64,000 nt of DNA from Botryllus schlosseri (taxonomy: Eukaryota). The notes below the pieces were generated by a model. That model was given only the letters and a program-made list of their open reading frames with translations, searched no databases and was not told the DNA's origin. The translations under genes were made by a program, and so were the position numbers. This document shows positions 1 to 14,341 of the stretch, one piece after another; the stretch's first letter is position 1; every line of letters begins with the position of its first letter. The stretch lies in the NCBI GenBank assembly GCA_051294905.1, contig CM119375.1, positions 26,660,001 to 26,724,000 of the forward strand. The letters are read 5' to 3'.

Positions 1-2169
1 ATGAACTAAAAAAGTCCTTTTGTTTTGATGTTGGGTTTAATACAATTTGTACGACTATAACGAATCCGATTCCAAAAGTGCTATGTTACATTTAACAAAA
101 AAGTTTGATGACTTGTATTCTGATATTGATAGATGTGAAAAGTAATATGACTAGTTTATAAAATCCCGATCATGTTCTTTGTCATGTCTGTGTTCAACAA
201 ATATGTGATCAAGTCTTACCATTCGATATTAACTTTCGCAGTCGGCGTAAGCGATAATTTGTTGAAGTAACAATATCGACGAGTTCAATAATATTCTCCA
301 TCGATGTATTCGAATAATCTGTCAGCTACAAGTGGATTAAAAACTTGATGCCGTTTTGTGGTTAACTCAAGTCGGTGGTCGCGTTTGTGTTGATTTGAGG
401 AATGATCATGACGAGTTGGTCGGGTAAATTAGATAATGTGGTTGTAACTATGACCGTAAAGAGTTGCTGACATTCCAATAAGACGAGTTGGCGGTATATG
501 CCTAAACCGAACTTGATATGTTTGTTGGTTGTAGTGATTACTTGCGTAGTCTTGACTACTTTTCGTAAGGATACTTTTTGTTTTGGTTGGGTAAGTTACA
601 AACGGATTGACTTGACAAGGTTTTTTGTATTTTACTCTTTTGTGTATGGGAATCACTCGATTGCAACAAAAAATAACCTGATAGTTTGTTCAAGGTTTCG
701 ACAAATAGATTGAAATATTCCGATTTAACTCATCGCGTCACAAGTCGATCGCGGTATGCATAAGTGGTTGTCAAGATAGAAATATTTACAACAGGTGTTA
801 TTTCATTGATTGATTCTATTGTGTGTAGTAACACATTAAAATATCGCGATAGTATTTACTGAAACTGATAAACGGAAAACTCAGTCGTGAATAGAGTTGT
901 AAGTTTCAAGGATTGTTTCAAAGTGTAATTTCGAAATGTGACTGGATCAAAGTTGGTAGTCATGTTTGTCAAACCTATTTCTATTCACACTATGTCAAGT
1001 CCAAATATTTCATTCTAGATTATTGGACGACTAGAACATTTCATCTTTTCTAAATTACGTTAGAAATACAACTACACATTTTCCAAATTAGATTATGATT
1101 TCTGAATTGGAACAAAATCAAGTTCCGTTCATCTCAAATCAGAGTTTATATTCATAAGCACGAGAAATGGCAAATATCTGCACACCGAGCTTGGCTCGTT
1201 TCACACGATATAATTTTGTAGCATTTTCAGGAAAAGTAGAAATTAGATTAGAATTGGATTACTGGCATTTCGCTCCAATTAGTCTAATTCGATAACTGGT
1301 TAATTAATTCTTTCCAAGTCAGCTGAACTGATATATGTCTTGAAAAGTGCTAGCAATAGCTCAGCATATTACTGTGACCAATGCTACTGAACGGCTTGAG
1401 CATTCAGTAGCCTACCGGGTAGCGGCATTGCATTAGAAATAGCGTTCGTAAATTCGTAATGTATGCTTGTGAAAATGCTCTGAGTTCACAATGTGGTGCT
1501 AACCGGGACTCCACCTCCCACACAGCATTGAGGTGTGTCAGAGGCGTCGACAGCGGTTCATTCATTGACATGGATCAGATTTCACTACAGACCCTATTTA
1601 TCACTCTGGTTCAATTGTCTATGTCTTGATTCTGTCCAAGGCTTCTAATAGGGAATCCCATCTGTGTGGACTAGGTTTTTGTGAATGGCGACTGACCACA
1701 GATTATAGTATGATAGCAGACAGGAGTTTGTTTGTTGCTGGACTGTACATGCTGGACTGTATATGTAGCGCTTGAACAATTTTGATGCTTAGTTTTGTCT
1801 TCTGTATGGATGGGTGTATTTTAAGTAAATTTAATAATATATCTTACATTTGATTTCATTTTGCGTTAGGTTGTTGAAATTGGATGAGTATGATGAATTG
1901 ACGATATTTAACATCTCTTGGTTCACTAACTATGCACCACCAACCAACCTTATAATTAGCGTAAATATTGCAGCCAGTAGCTAACGTGTATTCTTATCAT
2001 CATTAGCTATCTTTAATATATTGATGTATAACATATATGTTTATTGATTGACAGTGTGCCAACTTGATTCAGTGATGTGCATTGCATTATCAATATTTTA
2101 TTGTCAGCTGAGACACTCTGAGATAGCCCGATGGCATTAGCAATGCGGAAGTTTGATTCTCTAGCAATT

Positions 2170-3100
2170 ATTTATTTTAAATTTTTGGTGTGAGATAAAC
2201 AGGGGATCGACTTCGTAGCAACATCAAATTCTCTCCAGTGTGAGAAGCTCCACTTTGTGGCTAATGCATATTAGATGCGTCTTGCGGAAGCTCTTGCCTT
2301 TAGTGCTTGTTTACAACGCAAGTCTCGCCGACTGTTTTGATGCATATTGTAGATGATGGATGACCTGACCTGATGGTCCGTGCAAATGTATCCATTAGCT
2401 ACTTGTCCTCCGTGATTCAAAGCAAGCCTGTGACTGGTAGGCCTATCTATCAAAAATTGATAACACTCTCCAGTATCAGTTGCGACACTCATCTTTACAG
2501 TGTATTAGGGGGATTGCAACTGTATCTCCCAATATCTGGGTAGAAACCCAAATCTAGGTCGCCTGAATATTTGTATCATATGCGAAAAAATAACAATAAA
2601 TGTGATTGAAAACGTGGAGAGATCACAAAACTCGAAAATATGTACACTATGGCCCATATTGAAGAAACGTAACTTAGTGCTCAAACTAATTTTTCTTCAA
2701 AATTGCAAAGCAATTTGATCAGTGAAAGTATTACGGCTATTTACTTGCTTGCAAGATTTGACCGATCTGATTTTTTCTCAATGGGTCGCCTTAAAATGTG
2801 TTTTGAACCACTGCATTAGCTTGTATGTTGTAACTTGTAAAGGAGGCTAGCAAAGGAGTCTTTTGGAATTGAATGTGTGTCATTAACCTTATTCATTTGA
2901 ATTCGAAATTCAATAGAAAATTTATAGTCATGTTTCCACTCGCACTCTTCACAAAGTAAGAAATGTGCATGTTTCTGATCATTGTGAGCATCTGCTACTA
3001 TGCCTTGTGCATTAATAGACAAAGCTAAGTCTCAGTAGCGCTTGAGCACTGTATTAAATACGGTAGCTGCCAGCTCTTTCGTAGCAAGGATCTTACAAGA
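2170..3100 (-). pseudogene. Fossil hAT-superfamily (ZNF862-like) transposase fragment
   Basis: One minus frame (2492 to about 2170) reads SVATDTG...SHRLAL...IYNMHQNSRR...I*YALATKWSFSH...KSIPCL. This follows the order and approximate HRLAL-to-TRW spacing of the hAT motifs TD, HRLAL, YxFFxNSxxR and TRWLSH as I recall them. Upstream frames are only weakly compatible. Recognised by eye. Confidence 0.45.
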
Positions 3101-5993
3101 ATGTCTTTTTTGTTTGCCTTACTTTGCCTTGCAAATGCACAGACACACTTACGGCTTCCGAAAATTCCCATCAATCTAGAAATGGTGTGTTTTAGTTCTC
3201 CGAGAGACCATTGAATATTCATGTTGATTGGATGTGTGAGATGTTAGCTTCCATCACACACATTTTAATATGCCACTCTTGAGTTTGCTTTTCTGAAGGT
3301 GTATTGTAAACAACAGACATTTACTTTATCATCCGGCAGGGCTGTTTAGCCATTCAATTGCTACTGCCCCTTGATTGGGTTTGAATGACCTATGAAGAGA
3401 CAGAGAGAAAGAGAGTTTTATTGTTTCCTCAACCGGAACATAAATAACAAAACCGATTGAGTACAGTATATAAAAATACTCAAAACAAAAAATATGATTT
3501 TACAGTAAATCTGATATTTCTATATCTAATCTATTTTGATGAGATATTTATATTATGCAATGGCCGGTATTGTCATCATTTGGATTTTTGTTTATTTTTC
3601 TGGTAGTCAGCTGTGCCATCTTTACTCCATTTTCATCAATTTAGTGATGAGATGCAGGACACAGGCTATTATAAAGCTTAGCCAAGCGCATTATGGTGTT
3701 TTTCATGTGATGATAGGATCTTGAGTTACATCTGCTCATCAACTAAATCAGTCCCTCCCTGTAATCTCAGGGTTTAAGTAAATTTGCATTGTATGTAAGG
3801 AAAATATGAACATTCTTAATAAATGTGTCAATCAGCATCTCTTTGCCTAGTTTGTGTTCCTGTAGCCAGTGCAATTGTTTTATCTCGTCTATTCAGGTTA
3901 CCTACTGTGATCCCACTTAGTTTTTCATCTGTTTCTGATACATTGCGTATATGTTATATTTTTTGCTTGCAAATGTGTTATATTGTGTGATAAGTTTCAT
4001 ATTACAACCATCCTTTCAGGCTGTAGCTGACTTGATGATCTCCCGATCCCTTCGCTACAGCCTGGTTCTGAAATATATATACTTTGCTTTGTATTTATCT
4101 ATATGTGTATTATCAATGTTCATGGACCGAATAAATTCTCTCTCTCTCTCTCAGTTCCATAGAAATGTTTGTTCTCTTATCTAGAGGATACGTCTTATGC
4201 ATAGTAGCAATAAAATCTTATCCTATCTTGTATACTTGGTCCTTTGACCACAAATGTTATTATAATGTGAGTACTAGGCCTATACACCTGTGTATATAAA
4301 TGATAAATATATCAATGGACTCAGAGGATGTGTGATGTGTTAGTAATATTACTGGAACCAGATTTGCAATTTACAATGCCAATCTAGGCTTATTTTCTTG
4401 CTGAAGTTGCCTGTCTATTCTCCAGGACTTAATTGCCAAGCTGCGTTGCAACATGTAATTTAGGTCTACTTGTGTTGATCTGCTTGAAACTTGACTCTGT
4501 GATAACGAGTCGAGATAAGGGAGTGAGTCTAGTAGTGATAGATGCTTATTTTGCGCCAGATCCAAGATATGATTCCTTAGGCAGTCCTGTGTGCGATTTA
4601 GCGATTTCCTTTATGGGTTGACACTGACACCACCATCTATCAAACTTGGTAGCCCGAAGTGCTTTTGAAAAGGAATAATGAATGTATGTGAATGTAAGAA
4701 TGTACCATATGATAAAGGTTGTGTGGCATACAGTATGTAGTGTAGGCGTATCTAATTTTCAGAAATCGAGTTATTGTTACTGGTACTGAATTAGCTTTTT
4801 ATAGAATTTGGATTATCAACTGGCTGTCATAATCTCATTTGTGGGACTTAGAATCGCTACCATAAACAAATAAATGGCCAAAAGAATGTGAATGATATTC
4901 TAGTTAGGTCTGTACTAGTGACTAGAGAGAATATTCTATAAAGCATATCTGGTTTCGAAATCTCATCAATTTATTGCAGCTGATTTCTCTTGGTTACTCC
5001 CATTGGTAACTTCAAAGACTATATAGGATTTTTGATGCCTTGTTGCAATGACCATACAAACATTTATTTTATGGAATTATAATCGCAATACCTCTATCTA
5101 CAGCTTAGCTATGGACAAGTATTTCATATTCAGCCAATAGGCTCATGAGTGGATGATATCATTCACTTTGAACATCACATTCAAGTTTTTGCTACATTGC
5201 TCGGTTCTGAAAGGCTCCAAGTAAGTACCGCAATTGTATATTAAAATATGTAATGCAGGTCTCTAGTAATAGCTAATATAACAGCGTTCAAAGACAATGT
5301 AAATGAGAATGATTCTCAGGAGTGACAAAAATAAATCCCTAAAAGCCATATCAGTCTTATATTTTTATATCAGGGTCTTGGTTCCCATTATGATTCCTTA
5401 TATCATAAGTAGGGCAATTTTTTTTACCTAAAAAATTGAAATTTTGACATTTTTACCTTAATTTTTTTTGACCTAGAACAGATACAAATTAGGTGTCTTC
5501 CCACATAATGTTAAAATTATACTATTTATCTTCATTTCTGGTTTAAACTGTCTGTCCTCACGAAGTATGTTGACATGAAAAAACTAGTATTTTAACGAAA
5601 TCTGGCCCTATGATGAATTTTAGTAGTTCTAGTAGAAATAATTAAACTTTGTTGTAGTACAACAAAATATAATTTCCTACATTCTCGGGTAGAAAGTGTC
5701 TGTCCTTACTAAGTAGCTTGCCAAGAATGGAGAGAGAACGTTTAACAGTAGCAGTTGTTGGCTGAAAACACTGAAGTTGTACGTACCCAGCTGGTGAAAA
5801 ACCGTGTTGCTTCATTCTGACAATGCTGTCTACATCACAACTTTCATCGCGCGCTTCTTTATATAAGAACCATGCAATGCATACACAGTCTTGCTTCAGT
5901 TAGGATATTGCGGTACGTTGAGCATAACAGCATGTCACCCTATTTGTTTCATTTGAATGTTTATGCTTCACGATGAGCAGATAATGGGCCATC

Positions 5994-6112
5994 CAGACTT
6001 GGGCAACTAGATAATTCTAGTTGTCTAATTTCACTAAATTAGAGCGAAATGCCGGTAATCTAATTCTAATCTAATTTGAAAAAGCTGAAAATTTTCTAGT
6101 TGTCCAAGTCTG
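5994..6112. mobile_element. Short internally deleted hAT-type MITE (family A)
   Basis: TIRs CAGACTTGGGCAACTAGA / TCTAGTTGTCCAAGTCTG (1 mismatch). Flanks gggccatc / gagccagc match at 6 of 8 (TSD). Confidence 0.7.
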
Positions 6113-7097
6113 GAGCCAGCTATAATGGTAGGTCTATAAAGTAGGCTACAAGCTGTAAAATGTCATATGATAAATTCACCGATAGTGCGAAATCTACGAT
6201 ACAAACGAAATGCAGGTTGCAAAAAAATTTAGACTTCGTAAAAATTTTTGACTTTTTTTGACATGTACAAAAAAATCGCCCTAATCATAAGATATCATGG
6301 GATTTTAGATGATACTGTCATTTTTCATATCATAATGAGTGTTGGTCTCTGATGGTCGGATATATCATGCAATCAGTAGCGTATTGCATAAACCATATAC
6401 TGTAATCAAAGATTTACATAATGTAAAGCCTCCATGTGACGAATATTTCGCATTTGAATAATGGATCTGAGTCTCATTTGTGGCAGCAGCAGCTGTTGCT
6501 GTAAATTTATTTATCTTATAATGTCGATAGCAATAAAACTATGTCTTGCATTCAATACATTTATAATATCCGCCTATGTCAACTGTTCTTCTCTCAGTTG
6601 GCAGTTGTCAGCAAAGCAAATTTCTTTACACTTGTACATTTAAGTACATTTAAGTACATTCAATCCTCTCCACAGCAACATTTCTTTCTGTGCAGACTTG
6701 TACAAATTAATGAATTTTCTTGAAAATTGTGGACTACAACTGAACTACATACTTGTTAAAACTTGGAACTTGAACTTTGAAAATCCGCAAAAAAATAACT
6801 TAAACACAACAACTAGATCATATTCCGAAGCAAATCCACAACTAGAACTAGGGTCAGTTAGTTGACCGTTAACTAACTAAACTTGTAGTTTGTGCAAGTC
6901 TGTTTATGGGCTTTCTCTATTTTTGATTTGCATGTCCCCTTTGTGCAGCTTTTTATTGATAGGGTTTGTCTTGCCATATTTTAGGAAATGGTTACCCCTA
7001 TCTAACTGGATGTCATTTCCATTGTTTAACAGGTCGAAGAAAAGGATATTAATAGTTCAAAACTGAAATTGCTGTGGACAATACAATACATTGTAAA

Positions 7098-7323
7098 ATG
7101 GCTCAAAGCCCCCATTCACTCGGTCATGTTCCAGCGTCCATCGCTAATTTTAATAAACGGACCGCCTCGCCGTCGATATCGATGGGTTGTCTGCCATCGA
7201 CATCTACAAATGGATCGTACTATCCCCTCCTCCCGCAAACCCCAGCGTCGATCATCTCAACAGCTGCTAATCAAGCCGCGGCACTGGGACTGCCGATGTA
7301 TGGAACTCCTGGGCTCATGCCGG
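7098..7323 (+). CDS. RAR: Distal first coding exon, probable RAR isoform 1 A region
   Basis: ATG at 7098 with in-frame TAG at 7053. Acceptor ttgtttaacag| at 7032 leaves a 65-nt UTR segment. Encodes MAQSPHSLGHVPASIANFNKRTASPS...GLPMYGTPGLMP. Donor CGG|gtaagt is phase 1. Assignment to RAR is inferred from phase compatibility and from finding no terminal exon before the RAR exon. Confidence 0.7.
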
Positions 7324-9865
7324 GTAAGTGATACCTAACGTAGCCTGTCATTTTAACCTGCGAAGTAGTCATGTGACACTAATGTGCCGCAGCTCACGCT
7401 TTTGGAATCACTGGGTAACTGGTGTTAAGAATATTAGCTCCATCTTCTTTCGATAATTTTTTTTCCTCGTAGTTGTGTTTGGGTCAGGGTGTAACATGTA
7501 ACAATGGGTTTCAATAAAACCGTATGTCAAAATGTAACATAAAGAACAAAACAATGTTCTTCTCAGTTTTTACCATTGCATTTTCAGTAAGGTTTATCGT
7601 GTGTGTTTAATAATCACAAACGTATATTTCTTGATTTCCATTAGCTCCCGTCAAAGTTCGACTGTTCACAGCAGGGTGAGATCAGAACCTACCGTAGCCA
7701 CTACCTTGTCTTCTGTACTTTCTGTTAAAAGTACGATTGCATAGTAATGCGTTACTGGCGAAGGAAAAGACTCTACTGTGCAGAATTTGAGGACTCTTCC
7801 AAGAACAAATATTTGATTTATTCTTATCTGTTTGCCTACTCATTTTTCTCATGCCATACAGTAATCCAATGGCAATACGGGAGAAACGATATCATCTAAT
7901 TATGCAGCCTCGAGTTTTAGGTTACAATTATTTTCACGAAGAAGGGTCCGGTTTCCGAACAGAATAACATGATTAAGTAACTGGATTTCCAGCTGATCTA
8001 AGTTCTAGGGAACAGTGTTTTCGCTAGGTCCTTGCGCGTATAGTGATTTCAGAACCATATCCCAGTATACAGTTGTGGGACAATGCACTTGAACGTAAAA
8101 ACGCATGTATAGGACGTACTGTAATGATTTCACGCGCTTTTAAATGGAAGTTATATGCAACAGTGAATTTCAAGAGATTTTTGTCGTTGTGTTGTTATTC
8201 CGACCGCTATAAATATTACATCATGTTGTATAGATCAATTCTTCGTTGAGATGTAGGCCAAATTAGTCACGTGACTTATGCGTGTGTAATCAGGGTATTG
8301 GAATCGATTTTTCGCATCCATCGACATCTGTGCTATTTAGTTTCCTCTGTCCTGATTGGGTAATTGATGACTGATTTGATCCGAATTATGTATTTCGCAC
8401 CCTCCTTTGTGCCAAATCGCCGAACATTTTTCTAAATTTTGATTGATTGATTTAATTGATAAATGAAAATGATTATTGACACCTTGTGGAAACCTTGAAA
8501 CCTCGATTGGCCGTATCGCAGGATACGAAACATGTAGTACAAAGTTATTATACACGTTAGTGGAAATGACATATATGTGAAGTCGTAACCAACCCACAAC
8601 ATTGTCACGAAGCGCAACGAGATAGGTACGGTTGAAATAATACCAAATCATTTTTTATGTGGTGCAGAACTGGCGTTATATTGTTTGTGGAGGCATAAAA
8701 GGTACATATTTTACATATATTTCATACCGTTGTGACGTCGTACTGAAAGTCGAATGACGAACACCGTAATGCGCATGTAACTCTGTCCTTATTGGTTAAT
8801 TGATTGGATATTCAGTTACGCGATCAGATTACCAGCTTGTAATCACCAAACACGACTTTCCGAAGTCCTAACTCAATACAGCTGCAGTCCAGTCGGGCCG
8901 ACATTTGAAGTTTAGGATAGCCGAAATGGAGCGCGTATTTCTTGTCATGGTCGACAGATCCATCTAAAATGATTAATTACATCGCCGTGCTACTCTGACG
9001 ATATAAACAGTCCAATAATTGTTTATTCATAAATCTTTAAATGTTGCCCACATGAAAGCTTGGTCCGCGCCCTGAAGATCCCGTCATAATATACACCTTT
9101 GTGAAACTACTGCAAACATTGCTTTGTCTGCGGTTCTCAAACCATTTATTGCGCAACCCAAATCTGACACACCGAAAGAAATACATTTCTAGTTCTAGGA
9201 TGCTACGCTTTATGTATGTATGAAACAGAAAAGGGACAGGCAACCAATCGTAGTACGCTACACAAATCAATGAAACATAATGCGTTGGACGAGAAAGTCA
9301 TTGATGCAGTGTGATTAGTATTATTAAGATCGATCATAATCATTATGTCCGACTATCAATACCGGGCATCCCAAGCTTTTCATGGTCGCGACCCAAATTT
9401 CGATTTGAAAATGGTCTGCGACCAGACCTCTAAATTTATTGTGCTTATTACTAAAACTGTTCAGCACCTTCGTCCAAACCTACCCACGACGGCCTATGCG
9501 GGAAAGCTGGCGACTATGTGTCCAGCATAGTATCTAGTCCTAGTCACGAACTACGTGCAAAAAGTTGTCAAGCTCACGGCCCCCTGAATCATTGTAATTG
9601 GAACGCTTACCTATCATTTCACAAAACCACGCATTGCAAAACAGTGCGGGCCCTTTATATGTGGAAGGTTGCTTTCACTTAAGATCAGACCTTCTATACC
9701 TATTTATGACGCTGCCATATTGCCGTAACGAAATGTCTACGTGCAGTGCCCGACTCAGTGTACTTGGAAATGTGTACTGTATATACAAAAAGTGTGCGAA
9801 GATCGAAAAATTGTACGTATCTTTTGTCAAGAAATTCGGCAAATACCACTGTTTTATATCTTTAG

Positions 9866-10024
9866 ATCACGGAGCTTTGATCAACGCCGCTGCTGCGGCC
9901 TTGACGGCGGCGCTGGGGATGCCGCTAAGGATGAATTCCCCTGGCAGAATACCGAATATTCCTTCCGAACTAGTACAGCGGCAGATGCTTATGCAGGCCC
10001 ACTCCAATACTCCGATTCCTACAA
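9866..10024 (+). CDS. RAR: 159-nt symmetric phase-1 exon, Ala-rich, isoform 1 exon 2
   Basis: Acceptor gttttatatctttag|, donor CAA|gtaagg. Joined to 7323 it reads DHGALINAAAAALTAALGMPLRMNSPGRIPNIPSELVQRQMLMQAHSNTPIPT. Confidence 0.75.
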
Positions 10025-12704
10025 GTAAGGCGGCATTTTGCGCGTATAGCTCATTGCGTTCAGCAAGGTTTCTCAGACTTTTTGCAACTGCGTACCCGTT
10101 CGATTTACATGGCGTAACCTTTTCAAGAATAGGCGATGTGAATCGAAAGTAAATTTACGACGCCCGTAAAGTCGATTTTAGGGTAACTGTAAAAAAATTA
10201 ACGTAGGCCGAAAGACGCTGATGGGGGATACTATCCTTACATTAAATTTTTGCTAACAGAACCCTGGCTTACATCTCACTTAGGTATAATAGATGGATAT
10301 TGGATAGTCTTAACGGCCTTGCTACAGTGAACCATGTCTAGCGCAATGCAGAATGAGTTTGTCATAAGATCCACTTCACAGTGATCATCGGCCGCCCCAT
10401 AAATTATAGCCTGCTTATCATTGTACTGAAGATTGCAACACCGCTGATCAGGCAGCCTTCATAAACATGTGGCCCTGCTTCTAGTAAAACTAATCTACGA
10501 AAGTAAGCTACGCAAAACTCAACACAGCGACCGTAGAGAAACATAAATTTGCTACATTTGATGTGGATCAGACTAGTAATATACACAATACAGAGAAGTG
10601 TAAACGTTCATTAATTGCATCACGAATCTAGATATGTGTAAAAGCATTTTGGTTTAAGGCTACATTTGTACCCTTTATCTATTTTCTCTCTTGGCACAAA
10701 ATCGTCGAGACAGAAAATTATTACTGCGAAAATTGAACCTACTTGCTTACCCCAGTTTGAGAACCCTTGGCGTACACTGATCTTTCTTTGAGGTGCCACC
10801 ATTTACCTGTTGAGACCACCTATCGGCATGATAACATAGTGCAATGAAGTATCTTACGATACCGTAATTGTTTTTGTTTGGAATAGTGTTTGATCTGAAG
10901 CCATATCGCGACATTTTGATGCAAAAATTTGAATATAAACTCGTCTTCGATTTGCCGAGATGAAACAATGAGATATTTCTAGTTTCTAATGGCACTAAAT
11001 TAGGGAGAAATGCCGATAATTTAATTCTAATCTAATTTATGAGACGTTTCCTTGATATGATTTTAATTCTAGTCTGATTTCTGGTTTTCCTGTAAATGAT
11101 ACAGGAGTACAGACATTCGCCAATCGCCATTCTTTGAATTTATTCGATGTCCAGCCCAGTTTTTCGCGAATTCAGTAATTCTAATTCTAATGTAATTGGA
11201 GAAAACTGTAGCTATAGTTCTAATTCAAATATATTTTGGACAAAGTGTGTAAAATGCTGTGAAAAAATGTGTGATGCTTCCCTTGAATATGTTGAATCGC
11301 GGTTTGCGCGAGTCATGGTTAGTAGGTGCCACGTTCGATGCACATCAGGGCGCTGACCTATCTATTATCGAGAAATTGACCCGCGTCCAGTTGTCCGCTA
11401 CTGGTAATCGTGTCAGTGTGTTTTGGCATTCCGTCAGTTCGATATTTGCATATCGGAAACTGCCAATCTGTTAGTTGTAACGCGATTGTGCTATTTGTGG
11501 CGCGGATCTATTTTAATCTCGAAGAGTGATGGGGTTCTACTGCTGTAACATAAGTGTAGGTTGCTACATGGGTGCGATATGACATCATCTGCTTCTCTAA
11601 TACACTTGCAAGTCTGCAAGGATGGGATTTAGACATATGTCGTTGTAGCTACTTTCAGTACTCTGGATTAGGTACGCGTTTTGAGGTCGCTATTTATGAA
11701 TTGGATTTGAACGGAATGGAAGAAAATTTCCCGCAAGTTAATTGTAAAACCATACTGTAACGATACTTTCTGATCATTCCGCGTGCCATCTAGCAGAGAC
11801 GGACATTGGATGTGGATTCGGATTCGAATATGTGGATAAGAAGCTTCTGTCGGATTCGGTTCTGATTTGGTTTCGCGGCTCATGCAAAACTGGAATTTTG
11901 CGTGGGATTTCCAATAATTTTGAGTGTGATTTATGGAACATTACAATTTCAGTATACAGTACAATAGTACATGTCTGTAATTTACATGTTCTCGACCAAG
12001 CTGGGTGTTTGTTTAAAAGAATACTCCGCGTACTTTCGATTCCTTATCTTTTCACTTTATCTGAATCCTGTGGTGTTTTGAAGTGATGAAATTATTCATT
12101 ACTTGAATTCGAAAAATAATTGAAGATTTAGGTCGGATTCGGATTCGCATTCATAACTTCGGTTTTACTGGGTTGGGACGCGGAATTACTCAGGCTTTGA
12201 CATTGCGGCAACTTGGAATTTCGTCGTGTTGCAAAATTCTGGATTTGCATGGAAAAGTATCAGATCCGCCGGTCTCAACTAGCGAGCCCCGACATTTTTA
12301 AGATAGTTGTTAAATTATAGCGAAATGCCGGTAGTTTAATTGTAATCTGTGAAGCTGTTTTCTATGTTCTCATTTTACATCAAGTCTAGATTCCGGTTTT
12401 CCTGAAAATGCTATAGGAGAATTGTTTAGCGCGAAACGAGCCGTGCTTGGGGCACAGGCATTTGCTGTTGTCATGCTTATGAGAAGGAACTCTGTATTGA
12501 TATCAACTGAACTTTATTTTTATTGTATTGTTATTCTAATTCCCAAGTTTTCGCGTGCGTTATCAAGTAATTCTAATTCGAATCTAATTTGGAAACGCTG
12601 AAAATTGTATAGTTTCCCAACTTGGGACATAGTCGGTCACACAGCTGCTTCGATGCTATCCATCAAAGGCAATCAATAGCGAGACAATCTGTCTTATCGC
12701 GCAG

Positions 12705-12800
12705 GTTCCGATATGATCATGAGCGGCGTGATGCGGCGTCACGCGGACAGCATGACTGATGGATGTTCCGATTCGAAGAGATTAAGGAGCGAAAGTACAG
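12705..12800 (+). CDS. RAR: 96-nt symmetric phase-1 exon, isoform 1 exon 3 (not in the ORF track)
   Basis: Acceptor ctgtcttatcgcgcag|, donor CAG|gttggt. Open in phase 1-1: (S)SDMIMSGVMRRHADSMTDGCSDSKRLRSEST. Confidence 0.65.
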
Positions 12801-14341
12801 GTTGGTAATTGCATTTCGCGTCCTTGCCACGCAGGCTAATTGCGTTCGTTACGTTGATTTTTGCGGTGCTGCGTAGCGTGTTAAATTCAAATCTATTGTA
12901 GGCGGTGCTGTTTGGTAAATACGCCGGCCGTGGGCTGACTTGCTGTCGCGAAATCGCTTTTGAAGAAATATGAAACGTGATGAACATTATTTCACCACAA
13001 TAGACCATTCTTTGATCAACTTTTACTACGTTAGCTGTTAGCACCCAAACTGCACTCATTCCGTTGTAACAAACTCTTCCGGAACCATGAACACAGTCGA
13101 ATTGAAAAATTACCCAGCCAAGACCATTGTATCTTACTACATTAGTGGCTACACTCAAAACTTGAGATTAAATAAGCAAAAATAGAAATGTAGGAAAAAA
13201 CATCATCATGGACAATGATCAGAAATGGAACGAATAAGACGTATGGTAATTTCGCCGTTGCAAATACAATGTGGCTGTATCTTGAGAAGAGAAAGTCAAA
13301 ACATCGACTCAGATGAAGGTAATCTACGAAGTTCGTGCTGTACTGCTTTCAAACGACAAGTGCGCAATGGCGACATCAATTTGCTGTCATAGTTTTGTTG
13401 ACAAATGCGGTTCGTTTCCTGGTATGTTTGATTTACTGAGCGGTTTTGGTTATGCTGCGCGTAGCAATTTTTGCTAATGTATGCAATTTGCATAACAGAG
13501 GATCGATTTATTGTCGTCCCTAAATTTCGTCGATCTCCTGATTGTTTGTGTAGCGGGACTATTTCGTGGATTAGATATTCGTTTCGAACAAGTATCGAAA
13601 GTCATATTCAACCTGTGGGACCCAGTATCGAACTGTCTCGTACTTAGGTACCATAATACCCACTGGTTACCAGCGAATTAGGCACTTCACGGCCACTAAT
13701 CCTAGATAAATCCTACCTATATTCTTCCCTTGAACCGTAACCCAAATACATTATTAAATTGGATATATAGCTGGGTGAAACATTCATTTGGTATTACAAT
13801 ATTGATGCATCGTTAGTAGTTATTAGTACATGTCTCATGTGAAATTTAACACGTCGAATTCACTGACAACCGTCTTGAAAGCGTGACACGAAGCGTGTCC
13901 GATTAGTGACTAAACCCGCCACGTAGCGAAAGCCGACACAATACACAGCTGCGAAAAACACGACCTCGCAAAGCCAAGAACATCAAACTGCGAAGCCAAC
14001 CAGGATTTTCCCGAATGTAGAACCACGTTTTCGAGGCATCTGACGGTAGTATACCTTTATATATAAACAGAACCTACCTTGGAATATATCTCCAAGAGAA
14101 TTTTTGTATTTGACCCGGTGGAATGGGTGTGCGAAAGCAATACGTTGTACCGGAAAGTACCGTATACCTGACTTTGATTCTTTACTGTTGGAAATCGCTC
14201 TAATTAAACTTTTTCTCTTACATCTAGTAACCAGAGATGAGCTCGGATATTGTTTTCGTTTGGGCAAAATTAGATTACGGCCGGATATGTATTTCAATTT
14301 CGGTGAATAAGAACCGGATTCGGATAGGAAATATAAATTCG

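Noticed and set aside
1-720. Short ORFs on both strands at the window start
   Set aside because: Multiple stops and no recognisable family.
8440-8460. TGATTGAT Pbx/Hox-like sites in intron 1
   Set aside because: Indistinguishable from a short (TGAT)n microsatellite in AT-rich DNA.
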